A stretch of 64,000 nt of DNA from assembly GCA_964648795.1 (NCBI GenBank), contig CAZYMB010000008.1:8401-72400 (forward strand). The letters are read 5' to 3'. The stretch's first letter is position 1. Every line of letters starts with the position of its first letter. The DNA comes from an uncultured Acidimicrobiaceae bacterium (GTDB taxonomy: Bacteria; Actinomycetota; Acidimicrobiia; Acidimicrobiales; SZUA-35). This document shows positions 1 to 9,406 of the stretch, one piece after another. Under the pieces are notes generated by a model. The model ran no database searches. It saw nothing but the letters and a program-made list of their open reading frames with translations, and was not told the DNA's origin. The position numbers and the translations under genes were made by a program.

Positions 1-1283
1 GCAATCTTGGCTGCTGAGTCATAGCCAATATGTTTGTTTAGCGCGGTTACGAGCATTAGGTTTTTGTTGAGGTTCTCATCTATACGCTCCTGATTCGGCA
101 CAATACCAACAGCAGTATTGACGTTGAAGGATTTACAAGCATCGCCGATCAAACGGATGCTTTCAATAACGTTATGAACCATGACAGGCTTATAAACGTT
201 GAGCTGGAAGTTTCCTTGGCTATTTCCGAATGCTACGGCTGCATCATTACCGATAACTTGAGCGACCACCATAGTCATTGCCTCTGACTGAGTTGGGTTG
301 ACCTTTCCAGGCATAATAGAACTACCTGGCTCGTTGGCTGGGATCTCAAGCTCACCAATACCGTTTCGTGGGCCGCTGGCTAGCCAGCGAACATCGTTAG
401 CTATCTTTAGCAAAACTGTAGCCAGGGTACGTAATGCGCCGGAACAATTTAGTAGCGCATCATGAGAAGACAGGGCCGCAAACTTGTTTTCAGCTGACAC
501 AAACTTATGTCCTGTGGCAGCAGCTATATTGGCTGCGACTTTGTCTCCAAACTCAGGGTGAGCGTTTAACCCAGTACCTACCGCTGTTCCACCAATGGCC
601 AACTGGTAAAGGCCCTTCTGAGCTTGCGCAATAACGGTCAGCGCATCATCAAGCTGGGAGACCCATGCACCAATTTCTTGACCGAGCGTCACTGGGGTAG
701 CGTCCTGCAAGTGAGTGCGTCCAACTTTAACTATGTCAGAATATTCTTTGGCTTTAGCGTCAAGAACATCTCGCAATTCGTTGACCTGGGGGACGAGACT
801 ACGATCAAGCTCTAGAACGGTAGCGACGTACATCGCAGTTGGAAAAGTATCATTTGAGCTCTGGCCTCGGTTGACGTGATCGTTCGGATGAACTGGAGCC
901 TTAGACCCCATCACTCCCTCAGCCATTTCGATAGCCCGATTAGAGATGACTTCATTGGAGTTCATGTTTGACTGTGTTCCAGAGCCAGTTTGAAACACAA
1001 CTAGAGGGAAGTGGTCATCCAATTCCCCCGCAATGACTTCGTCCGCTGCAGCGACTACAAGATCAGCAACTTCACCTTCTAGTTGGCCGAGATCTCTATT
1101 TGCTTGGGCCGCTGCCTTCTTCAAGATGCCAAGGCTTTCGATTATCCCACGTCCCCAGACAAAGCGATCACGCCCGATATCGAAATTCTGAATGCTCCTT
1201 TGCGTTTGAGCACCCCAGTATCTGTCAGAGGCAACTTCTATTTCTCCAATGGAGTCTGTTTCAATACGTGTTTCACCAGCCAT
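1..1283 (-). CDS. fumC: Class II fumarate hydratase; the 3' part runs off the left window edge
   Basis: My own minus-strand translation from the ATG at 1283-1281 gives [34 protein letters not shown]...[21 protein letters not shown]...[17 protein letters not shown]. This matches the fumarase-type class II lyase N-terminus and the GSGTQSNMN signature. It is absent from the ORF track because the window edge truncates it. Confidence 0.85.
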   Translation of the reverse strand, partial: MAGETRIETDSIGEIEVASDRYWGAQTQRSIQNFDIGRDRFVWGRGIIESLGILKKAAAQANRDLGQLEGEVADLVVAAADEVIAGELDDHFPLVVFQTGSGTQSNMNSNEVISNRAIEMAEGVMGSKAPVHPNDHVNRGQSSNDTFPTAMYVATVLELDRSLVPQVNELRDVLDAKAKEYSDIVKVGRTHLQDATPVTLGQEIGAWVSQLDDALTVIAQAQKGLYQLAIGGTAVGTGLNAHPEFGDKVAANIAAATGHKFVSAENKFAALSSHDALLNCSGALRTLATVLLKIANDVRWLASGPRNGIGELEIPANEPGSSIMPGKVNPTQSEAMTMVVAQVIGNDAAVAFGNSQGNFQLNVYKPVMVHNVIESIRLIGDACKSFNVNTAVGIVPNQERIDENLNKNLMLVTALNKHIGYDSAAKI

Positions 1284-1371
1284 AACCAATTATTCCTTTG
1301 CTAGGGGAGGACGGTTACAGGCTAGTCGAAAGCTTGAGTCGTCTCAGGTTAGGACCACTAAAGGTTCAGCC

Positions 1372-3387
1372 TTAGTCAACGAGGGTGGCTCTGCCGCCAA
1401 ATCCAATGGTTCCTGTAATATTTTGTGCAGGTGCACCGGCAAAGGTATCCTGAGAAACGACTTCCAGTATAAGTTGGTCTGTAGGAGCGGTGGTAGGAAG
1501 CGAACCAAGGTCAATAGTGCCGTTTCCGCCAGGACCGATAACCGCTACACCGGTAAAATCAGGTAGGGCAACCCCGTTTCTGTCCTTGACTGTTATTACT
1601 AGTTCGGATAAAGAACCTTCAAAGTCATCGAATTCTAGCGTGCCCCATTCTGCTCTTCCCCCATCACACTGACAAGGCAAAAGCCTAAACTCTGGTTGTG
1701 CTGGGTTACAGTCTTCTAAGTCAGAAGTGAAGAAATCCAACCCAGATTCGTGTGTCATCGTGCCAATACAGTCGCTATCGCCGGGTAGGGGCGTATAGCT
1801 GTAGGTACGACCCGGGGTGACCCTTTGTCCACCATTTTCAGGACAAACCTGTCCCGTATTAAGATCAAAGCAGTGCGTGAGATCGTTACTCTGATCCGCT
1901 CGGTCTTGATTCCAGCTGTAGAGAAAAAGCCGATCACCATGGCTTATTGGCTGCCAGGACACTCCGTCTGGAAGTCGTGAAAACGAACCAGAAGTGGGAT
2001 CAGTTTTGTAGCCGACACTATGAATATTCTGCAGCAGCGTATCCAAAGGCTCCGAGCTAGACACGTCATTTCCATCTCTATCCACGCAACCTAATTGGTT
2101 CTGTCTACTTTCCTTATCATCAATACCGAACCAACAAACGCCCGTGTGTGTGTCACCGTCTGTTCGCTCCCACAGACTGCCGATGCCATTTCCCTCGACT
2201 CTGGCAACGCCAAACCCGGAGCATGCATCCGCAGTGTTCAAATCGAAACAGATTATTCGGCCATCAAAGTCACTATGGTTACTAATCCCGTAGTATTGTC
2301 GATTTTCTAGCTCAAGGGTTTCCGGCTGCAGAGTTCTGCGCCAGCGAGGGTAGTTGCTGTTCGCACTCCAAGGGTTTCTTGCCCTTGCTTCGGACCAGTC
2401 ACTAGGGCTTGTTGTCCCGCATGATGCACCGCCGGCCACTTCAAAGCAGTGCACTCTTAGGTCTCTGTCTATTGAATAAACACGGCCGTTCTTAACAACA
2501 GGCGTTGTCTGTGGTGAATGAATATCTTGGCCGCTATCGCTACGTCTCGTTATAACTTCAGGGAAGGTGTCGATGCGAACAAAATCTGGAAAACTAGAAC
2601 AAGAGCGACCATCTAACCCGACACAACCAATTCCGTAGGGGGTTTCAGCTGCCCCTGGATTCGGCCTCTGAGCAGCGTAGAAGAGCTGCGTACCGCCATC
2701 GTAAGTCAACTTTGACTCCAACGCTGTAGCTGTATTTAGTCGGGGAACTTGGAACTCACCTGAATCACACAAACGCTCTTCAAATACATTCACGCAAACC
2801 AGCTGACTATCATTTCGATAACTCAAATTGCTACTCTGGTTCGAGCCAACGTGATGGTTTAGCGCATACAATCTCAGGTCACCATCGACTTCGACGAACA
2901 GAGGCTTATAGCCGTCGCCGTCCCCATTTAATGGAAAGTTGAAATTACCGTCTGAAACAGTAATCTCACTCTCGCAACCAAAGCAGGACCCAGTGGCTGC
3001 TGTTGCTGACCTGTCTACTCGGACATTGTCAGTAATCAACTGAGAGAAGAACTGGGCTACATTCGCATCCGTTATATTGATCTGCACGCTCCCGTCAGCA
3101 AGCACATCCGGAAGAAAGCTAAGTGAACCATCAGTCGGGTCGAACCCATTAGCAAGAAGAATATCTCTTACAAACTCTTCTAGCTCAGCCTCAGTAATGT
3201 CACCACGCTCTAGCGCTTCAGCACCAGCAAGCGCAGCCAAGTCAGCTGCAGTCTGTAACTCGGAAGCACGCAAGTAGAACGAACCCAAGTCAATTGCGAA
3301 TGCTGAAAGAAACAACATCGGCACAAACAGAATTACCGTCAACGGGAGAATCTGTCCAGATTCGCCAAAACAGAAATATCGTTTCAT
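1372..3387 (-). CDS. TadG-like protein (TadE/G-like N-terminal anchor) with a large exported Cys-rich repeat body, paralog 1
   Basis: 671-aa ORF. The N-terminus GESGQILPLTVILFVPMLFLSAFAIDLGSFYLRASELQTAADLAALAGAEAL fits the Flp pilus-assembly TadE/G-like anchor (hydrophobic helix plus LQxAADxAALAGA). The body has about 18 Cys in recurring pairs (LVCVN..LCDSG, IGCVG..SCSS, VHCFE..SCGT, IICFDLNTADACSG, THCFDLNTGQVCPE). The adhesin role is inference. Confidence 0.8.
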   Translation of the reverse strand: MKRYFCFGESGQILPLTVILFVPMLFLSAFAIDLGSFYLRASELQTAADLAALAGAEALERGDITEAELEEFVRDILLANGFDPTDGSLSFLPDVLADGSVQINITDANVAQFFSQLITDNVRVDRSATAATGSCFGCESEITVSDGNFNFPLNGDGDGYKPLFVEVDGDLRLYALNHHVGSNQSSNLSYRNDSQLVCVNVFEERLCDSGEFQVPRLNTATALESKLTYDGGTQLFYAAQRPNPGAAETPYGIGCVGLDGRSCSSFPDFVRIDTFPEVITRRSDSGQDIHSPQTTPVVKNGRVYSIDRDLRVHCFEVAGGASCGTTSPSDWSEARARNPWSANSNYPRWRRTLQPETLELENRQYYGISNHSDFDGRIICFDLNTADACSGFGVARVEGNGIGSLWERTDGDTHTGVCWFGIDDKESRQNQLGCVDRDGNDVSSSEPLDTLLQNIHSVGYKTDPTSGSFSRLPDGVSWQPISHGDRLFLYSWNQDRADQSNDLTHCFDLNTGQVCPENGGQRVTPGRTYSYTPLPGDSDCIGTMTHESGLDFFTSDLEDCNPAQPEFRLLPCQCDGGRAEWGTLEFDDFEGSLSELVITVKDRNGVALPDFTGVAVIGPGGNGTIDLGSLPTTAPTDQLILEVVSQDTFAGAPAQNITGTIGFGGRATLVD

Positions 3388-3460
3388 ATACCTTAAAACG
3401 GCAAGTTAGAGGACGAACTGTACCCTGCAGACTTACATGTAAGGAAACAGGCCATATGGC

Positions 3461-5470
3461 CTAGTCAATGAGCGTAGCTCGGTTTGTTACCGATATCTGG
3501 CCGTCAACTGCATCATCCCAGACAAATCCTGGGCTTACCTCGGCATCAAACTGCAGACGTAGGCTCTGATGATCTTCAGTCGTGATCCCTTCGGATGCGA
3601 GGTCGATTGTTCCATTATTGCCATTTGCAAATATGTCTTCACGGTTAATCAACACATCCGAACCGTCATCGCTAAGCACGGTCACAAATAACGAGGTAAA
3701 CACTTCTTCAGCACGGCCACCTAAATCAAGAGTGCCCCATTCAACCTCACCAGTTGAACAAGCACATGGCGTAATGCGCACACCTGCAGGGCCGCCTGGA
3801 TCGCAGTCGGCAAGGTTGGTGTCAAAGAATTCAGGTCTGTTGAAGTGGCCCAGTGAACCAATACAACCAGTAGTGCCGATCTCGCTTAGTGTGTAGGCCC
3901 GGTACAAGTCTTGGCGAGTGCCGCCAGATTCTGGGCAGAGTTGGCCCGTGTCTAGATCGAAGCAACGAATCAGCTCACGGGAGTCAATATTTGGAGTGAC
4001 CGTATTGCCGGGGACAAAGAGGCGATCCCCAACTCGAAGTGGTTCAAGGTAGAAACCTGAGAGTAGGCGAAAGAAACGATTTTGTGCTTGTGCTGAGCTG
4101 CCATCCCAGAGGTTCAGCCGCTTAGCTTCTGATTCCAAGGTTCCTATAGGAATCTCATTGCTGTCGTTCTGTCCCTGACGGTTCAAACACTCTAAGTCGT
4201 TAGACCATGTGGCGTAGCAGACACCGTCATGGCCACCTGAGGCATCAACGTTCTCGAAGAAAGACGAAACAACACCAGAGGCTCGCCCTGGGTTAAACCC
4301 CGAACATGGAGCATTGCTATCAAGGTCGTAGCAAACTATCCAAGATCCACCAGATCGTGGATGAAATGCAGCATAGAGTCGTTCATTAATTTGAATCGAA
4401 TCAATAGTCGAGCGATCAACACGGTAATTATTGGTGGAGTCGAGATAGCGATCATTACGAGCACTCGACCATGCAGCTGCTCCGTCAGGCTGAGTTCCAT
4501 TTACCCCTGCACATGGCTGGTTGGTTGAAGTTTCTAGGCAGTACACATTTAGGCGGTAGTCGATGCTGTAGACACGCCCATTGTGAACAACAGGGTCTGT
4601 CTGTGGAGCTACAACATCTTGGGCTGCAATGCCGTTGCGCAATTGCACTCGGCCCCATACCCCAGACTGAACAAAGCCACTGCCAGAAACCCCACTGCAC
4701 TGTTGACCCCGTACTGTGACACAGCCAATACCGTACGTTGTACTGCTGCCACCGTTTCTATTTTGGTATGAGTAGTAAAGGTTGCCTTGCGCTTCATCGA
4801 CCGCAAGTTCTGGTTCCCAGCTTGTAGCTGTCTCCAGCCTGATGGGCCAACCTACTCCGGCGCCATCGTTACAGCGTTGGCGAGTATTGAAATCTACACA
4901 GACCAACTGATTGGTGCCTTGTGTAGAACCAACGTGGTGGTTTAGTGCATAAAATCTTAACTGACCGTCGACATTCACATAGATGTTCTTATAGCCGTCA
5001 CCATCGCCAATTTCTGGAAAGCTAGCGGTGGGAGGAGCAATCAAAACCCCTTGAACACAATCGAAACAGCCACCGGTAGTTGCGGTAGCTGTTCTATCCA
5101 CTTGAACTTCATCGGTAATTAGCTGAGAGAAAAACTGGGCTACATTTTGGTCAGAAACGTCAACACGAACACCAGTACCGTCTACCAAATCGTAGTTGTA
5201 CTGCAAAGATGGATCACTCACGTCAAAACCATTAGCTTCGAGTATGCCTTCGATCAAGTCCTGCAAGTCCGATTCCTCAAAGTCGTCACGCGACAACGCT
5301 TCTGCACCAGCCAGTGCTGCAAGGTCCGACGCAGTCTGGAGTTCAGATGCTCTCAAATAAAAGGAGCCTAGGTCAATTGCAAATGCTGAAAGAAACAACA
5401 TCGGCACAAATAGGATTACTGTCAACGGGAGAATCTGTCCAGATTCTCCAAAGATGAAATATCGTTTCAT
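3461..5470 (-). CDS. TadG-like protein with a large exported Cys-rich repeat body, paralog 2
   Basis: The track ORF is 3461..5557. I prefer the internal start MKRYFIFGESGQILPL at 5470, which matches the paralog 1 start and its upstream GGTAT context and avoids overlap with the recombinase gene. It aligns end to end with paralog 1, with conserved Cys positions (LVCVD, IGCVT, VYCLE, IVCYDLDSNAPCSG, IRCFDLDTGQLCPE) and a C-terminal RATLID. Confidence 0.8.
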   Translation of the reverse strand: MKRYFIFGESGQILPLTVILFVPMLFLSAFAIDLGSFYLRASELQTASDLAALAGAEALSRDDFEESDLQDLIEGILEANGFDVSDPSLQYNYDLVDGTGVRVDVSDQNVAQFFSQLITDEVQVDRTATATTGGCFDCVQGVLIAPPTASFPEIGDGDGYKNIYVNVDGQLRFYALNHHVGSTQGTNQLVCVDFNTRQRCNDGAGVGWPIRLETATSWEPELAVDEAQGNLYYSYQNRNGGSSTTYGIGCVTVRGQQCSGVSGSGFVQSGVWGRVQLRNGIAAQDVVAPQTDPVVHNGRVYSIDYRLNVYCLETSTNQPCAGVNGTQPDGAAAWSSARNDRYLDSTNNYRVDRSTIDSIQINERLYAAFHPRSGGSWIVCYDLDSNAPCSGFNPGRASGVVSSFFENVDASGGHDGVCYATWSNDLECLNRQGQNDSNEIPIGTLESEAKRLNLWDGSSAQAQNRFFRLLSGFYLEPLRVGDRLFVPGNTVTPNIDSRELIRCFDLDTGQLCPESGGTRQDLYRAYTLSEIGTTGCIGSLGHFNRPEFFDTNLADCDPGGPAGVRITPCACSTGEVEWGTLDLGGRAEEVFTSLFVTVLSDDGSDVLINREDIFANGNNGTIDLASEGITTEDHQSLRLQFDAEVSPGFVWDDAVDGQISVTNRATLID

Positions 5471-5546
5471 ATACCTATTAACAACGGCAGAAAAACCACA
5501 AAAATGAATCCTGTAGAAGTACACGGAAGAAATTGGTCTATACGAC

Positions 5547-6578
5547 CTATGCGCCAAGTTCTCCCAAAATAGTATTAACCGCAGTGGCGCGTGAAGTGTG
5601 GTGCAGCCCCTCAGCGGACAGTCTGAGGTACTGACTCGTAGTTGAAAGGTTTTTGTGTCCTAGCAGAGCCTGTAATTCAGCGGGATTTGTTCCGTAGCTG
5701 AGCTGCGAGACAGCATAAGTATGTCGGAAAGCGTGTGCTTTCTCACCTGGGGGCTTGGAAACTCCTGCCGTCGTGAGCCAGTTATCAACCAAGTTTTGCA
5801 AAGCTTGATTATTTAGAGCAGACCCGTTCTTACGAACGAATAGCACATCATCTTGGTCCGCCCCACCAAGGTCTGACTCTCGCCGTTCCGTCAGGTAGTC
5901 ATCGATACTGCTAACTATCTCGGCTGATATCGGAACGACTCTGTCCTTGTTGCCCTTTCCCGTAACCCGTATCTTCATTGGTTCTGCACGCTCAATCGAG
6001 GCAAGCGACAAACCACATAGCTCAGCCGAGCGAAGGCCACAACCAGCCAACGTAGCAACCATCGCGACATCTCGTTTCGGCCAGTGTGCTCGCAAGCTCT
6101 CAGGGGGAGCGCTAGCCGCAGAAAATATTCGTTGAAGTTCTTGAACGTTGAAAGCGACCGGCAGGCGATCACTAACCTGAGGCGTCTCGAAGTCGGTAGT
6201 GGGGTCTTGGCTTATATGACCATGTTTAACACACCAGCCACAAAAGCCTCTCAAAGCTGAAAGCATTCGACCTCGAGATGATGCAGCCTTTCCTTGATCT
6301 ATCAGTACCGAAAAAACCTGAGCCAGGTTTGCGTCAGTAAAGTCGCTTACCGTTATTCGCTCAAGAGCTTGCGATGAAATGGGCTCATCTGACTCGATAA
6401 CTGGCCTTGCATCTATGTCTGCCAGAGTGTTAGCGAATAGGGCAAGATCGTTTCTATATGCTTGCTCAGTCTTATCTGAAAAGCCACGCCGAGACCGGAC
6501 ACGACTGTCAACAATCCAGCTGTCTACCAAATCTGTTAGGCATGCTCCCATAGGTAATACATTAGTCGCAGAGGCCAT
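5547..6578 (-). CDS. Tyrosine site-specific recombinase, XerC/XerD/integrase family
   Basis: 343-aa ORF. The C-terminal catalytic region has GCGLRSAEL (Arg), AHAFRHTYAV (HxxR) and LLGHKNLSTTSQYLR (H..Y nucleophile). The N-terminus is a SAM-like core-binding region (YRNDLALFANTL). I cannot tell whether it is the housekeeping Xer or a module integrase. Confidence 0.8.
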   Translation of the reverse strand: MASATNVLPMGACLTDLVDSWIVDSRVRSRRGFSDKTEQAYRNDLALFANTLADIDARPVIESDEPISSQALERITVSDFTDANLAQVFSVLIDQGKAASSRGRMLSALRGFCGWCVKHGHISQDPTTDFETPQVSDRLPVAFNVQELQRIFSAASAPPESLRAHWPKRDVAMVATLAGCGLRSAELCGLSLASIERAEPMKIRVTGKGNKDRVVPISAEIVSSIDDYLTERRESDLGGADQDDVLFVRKNGSALNNQALQNLVDNWLTTAGVSKPPGEKAHAFRHTYAVSQLSYGTNPAELQALLGHKNLSTTSQYLRLSAEGLHHTSRATAVNTILGELGA

Positions 6579-6590
6579 TACACTCGTTCT

Positions 6591-8432
6591 ATGGTCGCAA
6601 AACCGCAGCCGAGCTCAATCCCGGATACACCTGGTTCTTATCAATTCCTTGATGAGTCAGGGCGTGTTATCTACGTTGGCAAGGCTAAATCGTTAAGAAG
6701 TAGAGTTTCTAGCTACTTCGGGACAGGCAAGCATCCGCGTACCGCTGCGATGGTGAACACTGCTGCGTCAGTTGAGTGGATTCAAGTAGCCAACGATGTT
6801 GAAGCTCTGATGCTCGAATACAATCTCATCAAGAAGCATCGCCCACGTTTTAATGTTCGACTAGTTGACGATAAATCTTACCCCTACCTTGCACTCACCG
6901 TTTCACATGATTGGCCTCGGCCACATATCGTTAGAGGTAAGAAACGAAAGGGAACCAAATACTTCGGGCCTTATGCTCACGCATATGCTGTCAGAAACAC
7001 TTTGGACGAACTTCTAAAGATATTTCCACTGCGTAGTTGCAGCGATGCGAAGCTAAACCGTCATGCAAAGTTAGGTAAGCCGTGTCTTTTGTTTCATATC
7101 GACAAGTGTTCCGGGCCTTGTGTCGATGCAGTCAGCAAAGAACAATACAAAGAATACGAAGATGGGTTCACTAAGTTTCTTAATGGTTCGTCTGACGAAG
7201 TAGTCACAGACCTTACCCAAAAGATGTCTGCAGCAGCGTCTAAACAAGAGTTTGAACAAGCCGGACGTCTTCGTGACCAGCTGGCTGCAATCGAACGAAC
7301 GCTCGAAGTTCAAACAATGGTCGGCTCCCAGAACGAGAACTTTGATTTACTTGGCTTCGCTGACAGCGAACTAGAGGCCGTTGTCTACATATTCTTTGTT
7401 CGCAACGGTCGGGTAGTGGGCCAACGATCAGTTGTCCTAGAAAAATCGATCGAGACTGATGCATCGAAACTCGTTGATGACGCACTTGAGCAACTCTATG
7501 GTTCGAACCATGAGCCAGCCAAGAAAATCTATCTTCCCAAGCAGCCTTCTGAGCTCGAACTTTACCAAGACTGGCTCAGCTTGATTGCAGAAACCCCCGT
7601 TGAGCTAAAAGTTCCTCAACGCGGAGCTAAAGCAGAGCTCCAAAAGACAGCTGAGACTAACGCTAAAGAAGTCCTATCTAAGCACCAGTTGCGTCGAGCC
7701 GGCGATTACAACTCACGGGCAAAGTCTCTTGCAGAATTAGCTCAACACCTAGAACTCGATGACCCACCATTACGTATCGAATGCTACGACATGAGCCACC
7801 TCCAAGGAACCAACTACGTCGGGTCAATGGTTGTGTTTGAAGATGGCTTAGAGACCAAGAGCGAGTACCGCAGATTTAAGATTCGTACGGTCGACGAGAA
7901 TGATGACTACGCAGCAATGTATGAGGTAGTAAGTCGGCGCCTAGACAACTACCTGAAAGAACGCGAGCTGCCAGCATCTGAACGTGGCAAATTTGCATAT
8001 CCACCAGATCTATTGATGGTTGACGGAGGAAAAGGACAATTAGGCGTTGCTGTAAAGGCTGTTCGTGAACGCGGACTTGAGAATCAGATCGATGTTTGCT
8101 CTATTGCCAAGAAGTTTGAAGAAGTCTTCGTTCCTGATCGCAATAGTCCGATCGTGATCCCAAGAGGTTCAGAGTCGCTATATCTCTTACAGCGCTTGCG
8201 AGACGAGTCCCACCGCTTTGCAATCGAGTATCACCGCAAACTTAGACGCAAAGCTTTAGCCGAGTCAGAACTCGATACTATCGCTGGACTCGGGCCGGCC
8301 AGAAAGAAGAAACTGCTCACACACTTTGGCAGCCTAAACAAAGTTAAGCAGGCCACAAACGAAGAGCTGCAAGCCCTAACCTGGCTACCTAATACAGTTG
8401 CCACAGCTATCTATAAAGCCTTCCATAGTTAG
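6591..8432 (+). CDS. uvrC: Excinuclease ABC subunit C
   Basis: 613 aa. It has an N-terminal GIY-YIG motif (PGSYQFLDESGRVIYVGKAKSLRSRV), a UvrBC-interaction region and a C-terminal HhH region (LDTIAGLGPARKKKLLTHFGSL). Confidence 0.95.
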   Translation: MVAKPQPSSIPDTPGSYQFLDESGRVIYVGKAKSLRSRVSSYFGTGKHPRTAAMVNTAASVEWIQVANDVEALMLEYNLIKKHRPRFNVRLVDDKSYPYLALTVSHDWPRPHIVRGKKRKGTKYFGPYAHAYAVRNTLDELLKIFPLRSCSDAKLNRHAKLGKPCLLFHIDKCSGPCVDAVSKEQYKEYEDGFTKFLNGSSDEVVTDLTQKMSAAASKQEFEQAGRLRDQLAAIERTLEVQTMVGSQNENFDLLGFADSELEAVVYIFFVRNGRVVGQRSVVLEKSIETDASKLVDDALEQLYGSNHEPAKKIYLPKQPSELELYQDWLSLIAETPVELKVPQRGAKAELQKTAETNAKEVLSKHQLRRAGDYNSRAKSLAELAQHLELDDPPLRIECYDMSHLQGTNYVGSMVVFEDGLETKSEYRRFKIRTVDENDDYAAMYEVVSRRLDNYLKERELPASERGKFAYPPDLLMVDGGKGQLGVAVKAVRERGLENQIDVCSIAKKFEEVFVPDRNSPIVIPRGSESLYLLQRLRDESHRFAIEYHRKLRRKALAESELDTIAGLGPARKKKLLTHFGSLNKVKQATNEELQALTWLPNTVATAIYKAFHS

Positions 8433-8458
8433 CGCTGAAGGTATGAGAGACTAGACCC

Positions 8459-9304
8459 ATGGCTAAAGTTGTCGTGATCGCAGGCTTATCGGGAGCGGGT
8501 CGTTCCGTTGCAGCAGAAGCACTCGAAGATCAAGGCTGGTTCGTTGTCGATAATCTTCCAGCAGAGCTCGTTTCCACTATCGGCAACCTTGCACTTCAAG
8601 CTGGCGACGACTACCAGAAGATGGCGCTAGTCATAGGCGGTTACGACGAGCGCATGAGCGAACAGGTTGACCGACTCGAAGAAGCAGTAGATGACTTCAC
8701 TTTGGTCTTTCTAGAAGCAAGTCCCGAAACTCTTATCTCGCGATTCAAAGCAACCAAGCGACCACACCATCTTGGAAGTGATCAGTCTTTGGCCGAAGCT
8801 ATCGCCGAGGAGCGCAAGGGCCTAGAATCTGCACGCGCAAAAGCAGATCTAGTAATTAACACCAGCACAACTAACCCATACGAATTGAAAGAACGCGTAG
8901 TCTCAAGCCTGGCCGAAACAGACTCTAAGTCAAAGCTGCAAATTAACTTGTTGTCTTTCGGGTTTAAAAACGGTGTCCCTAGGGACGTGGACATGATATT
9001 TGATGTTCGATTCATGCCGAACCCTCACTGGATCCCAGAACTCAAACCAAAAACAGGCAAAGAGTCAGTAATACAAGACTATGTTCTAGCCCCAGATGTC
9101 AGTAAAGCATTTATGACTCAGCTCAAACAAATGCTAAACACTTTGCTACCTGCCTTTAAAGCTGAAGGTAAGTCGTACCTTGTTATTGGCATTGGCTGTA
9201 CTGGTGGTAAGCATCGCAGCGTTGCTGTGAGTGAACTTATTGCCGCTCACTTAAGCGAGACCGGCTGGGACAACTCACTAAGACACAGAGATATGGATAA
9301 ATAG
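8459..9304 (+). CDS. rapZ: RNase adapter / nucleotide-binding protein RapZ (YvcJ family)
   Basis: 281 aa. It has the P-loop VVIAGLSGAGRS, a C-terminal CTGGKHRSV motif, and the conserved position downstream of uvrC. Confidence 0.9.
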   Translation: MAKVVVIAGLSGAGRSVAAEALEDQGWFVVDNLPAELVSTIGNLALQAGDDYQKMALVIGGYDERMSEQVDRLEEAVDDFTLVFLEASPETLISRFKATKRPHHLGSDQSLAEAIAEERKGLESARAKADLVINTSTTNPYELKERVVSSLAETDSKSKLQINLLSFGFKNGVPRDVDMIFDVRFMPNPHWIPELKPKTGKESVIQDYVLAPDVSKAFMTQLKQMLNTLLPAFKAEGKSYLVIGIGCTGGKHRSVAVSELIAAHLSETGWDNSLRHRDMDK

Positions 9305-9406
9305 GTTCTTCGAGTAAGCCACCTAGCATTTCTCCTCGATCATCAACTGGCTGCCCAAGCTCGATTAGTCTCTTTTCGGTACCGACAATAATTTCTAGGA
9401 GAAATA

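Noticed and set aside
5471-5557. A 29-codon extension of TadG-like paralog 2 (MAHRSYRPISS...) that overlaps the recombinase 3' end.
   Set aside because: Paralog 1 starts at the homologous MKRYF codon with the same upstream context. The extension has no counterpart in paralog 1.
1372-6578. A shufflon-like inversion system (recombinase plus variable pilus-adhesin segments, as with Rci/PilV).
   Set aside because: The conserved segments I could find are in direct orientation, not inverted. Both genes are complete, and I saw no promoterless cassettes. The link remains only a loose analogy.
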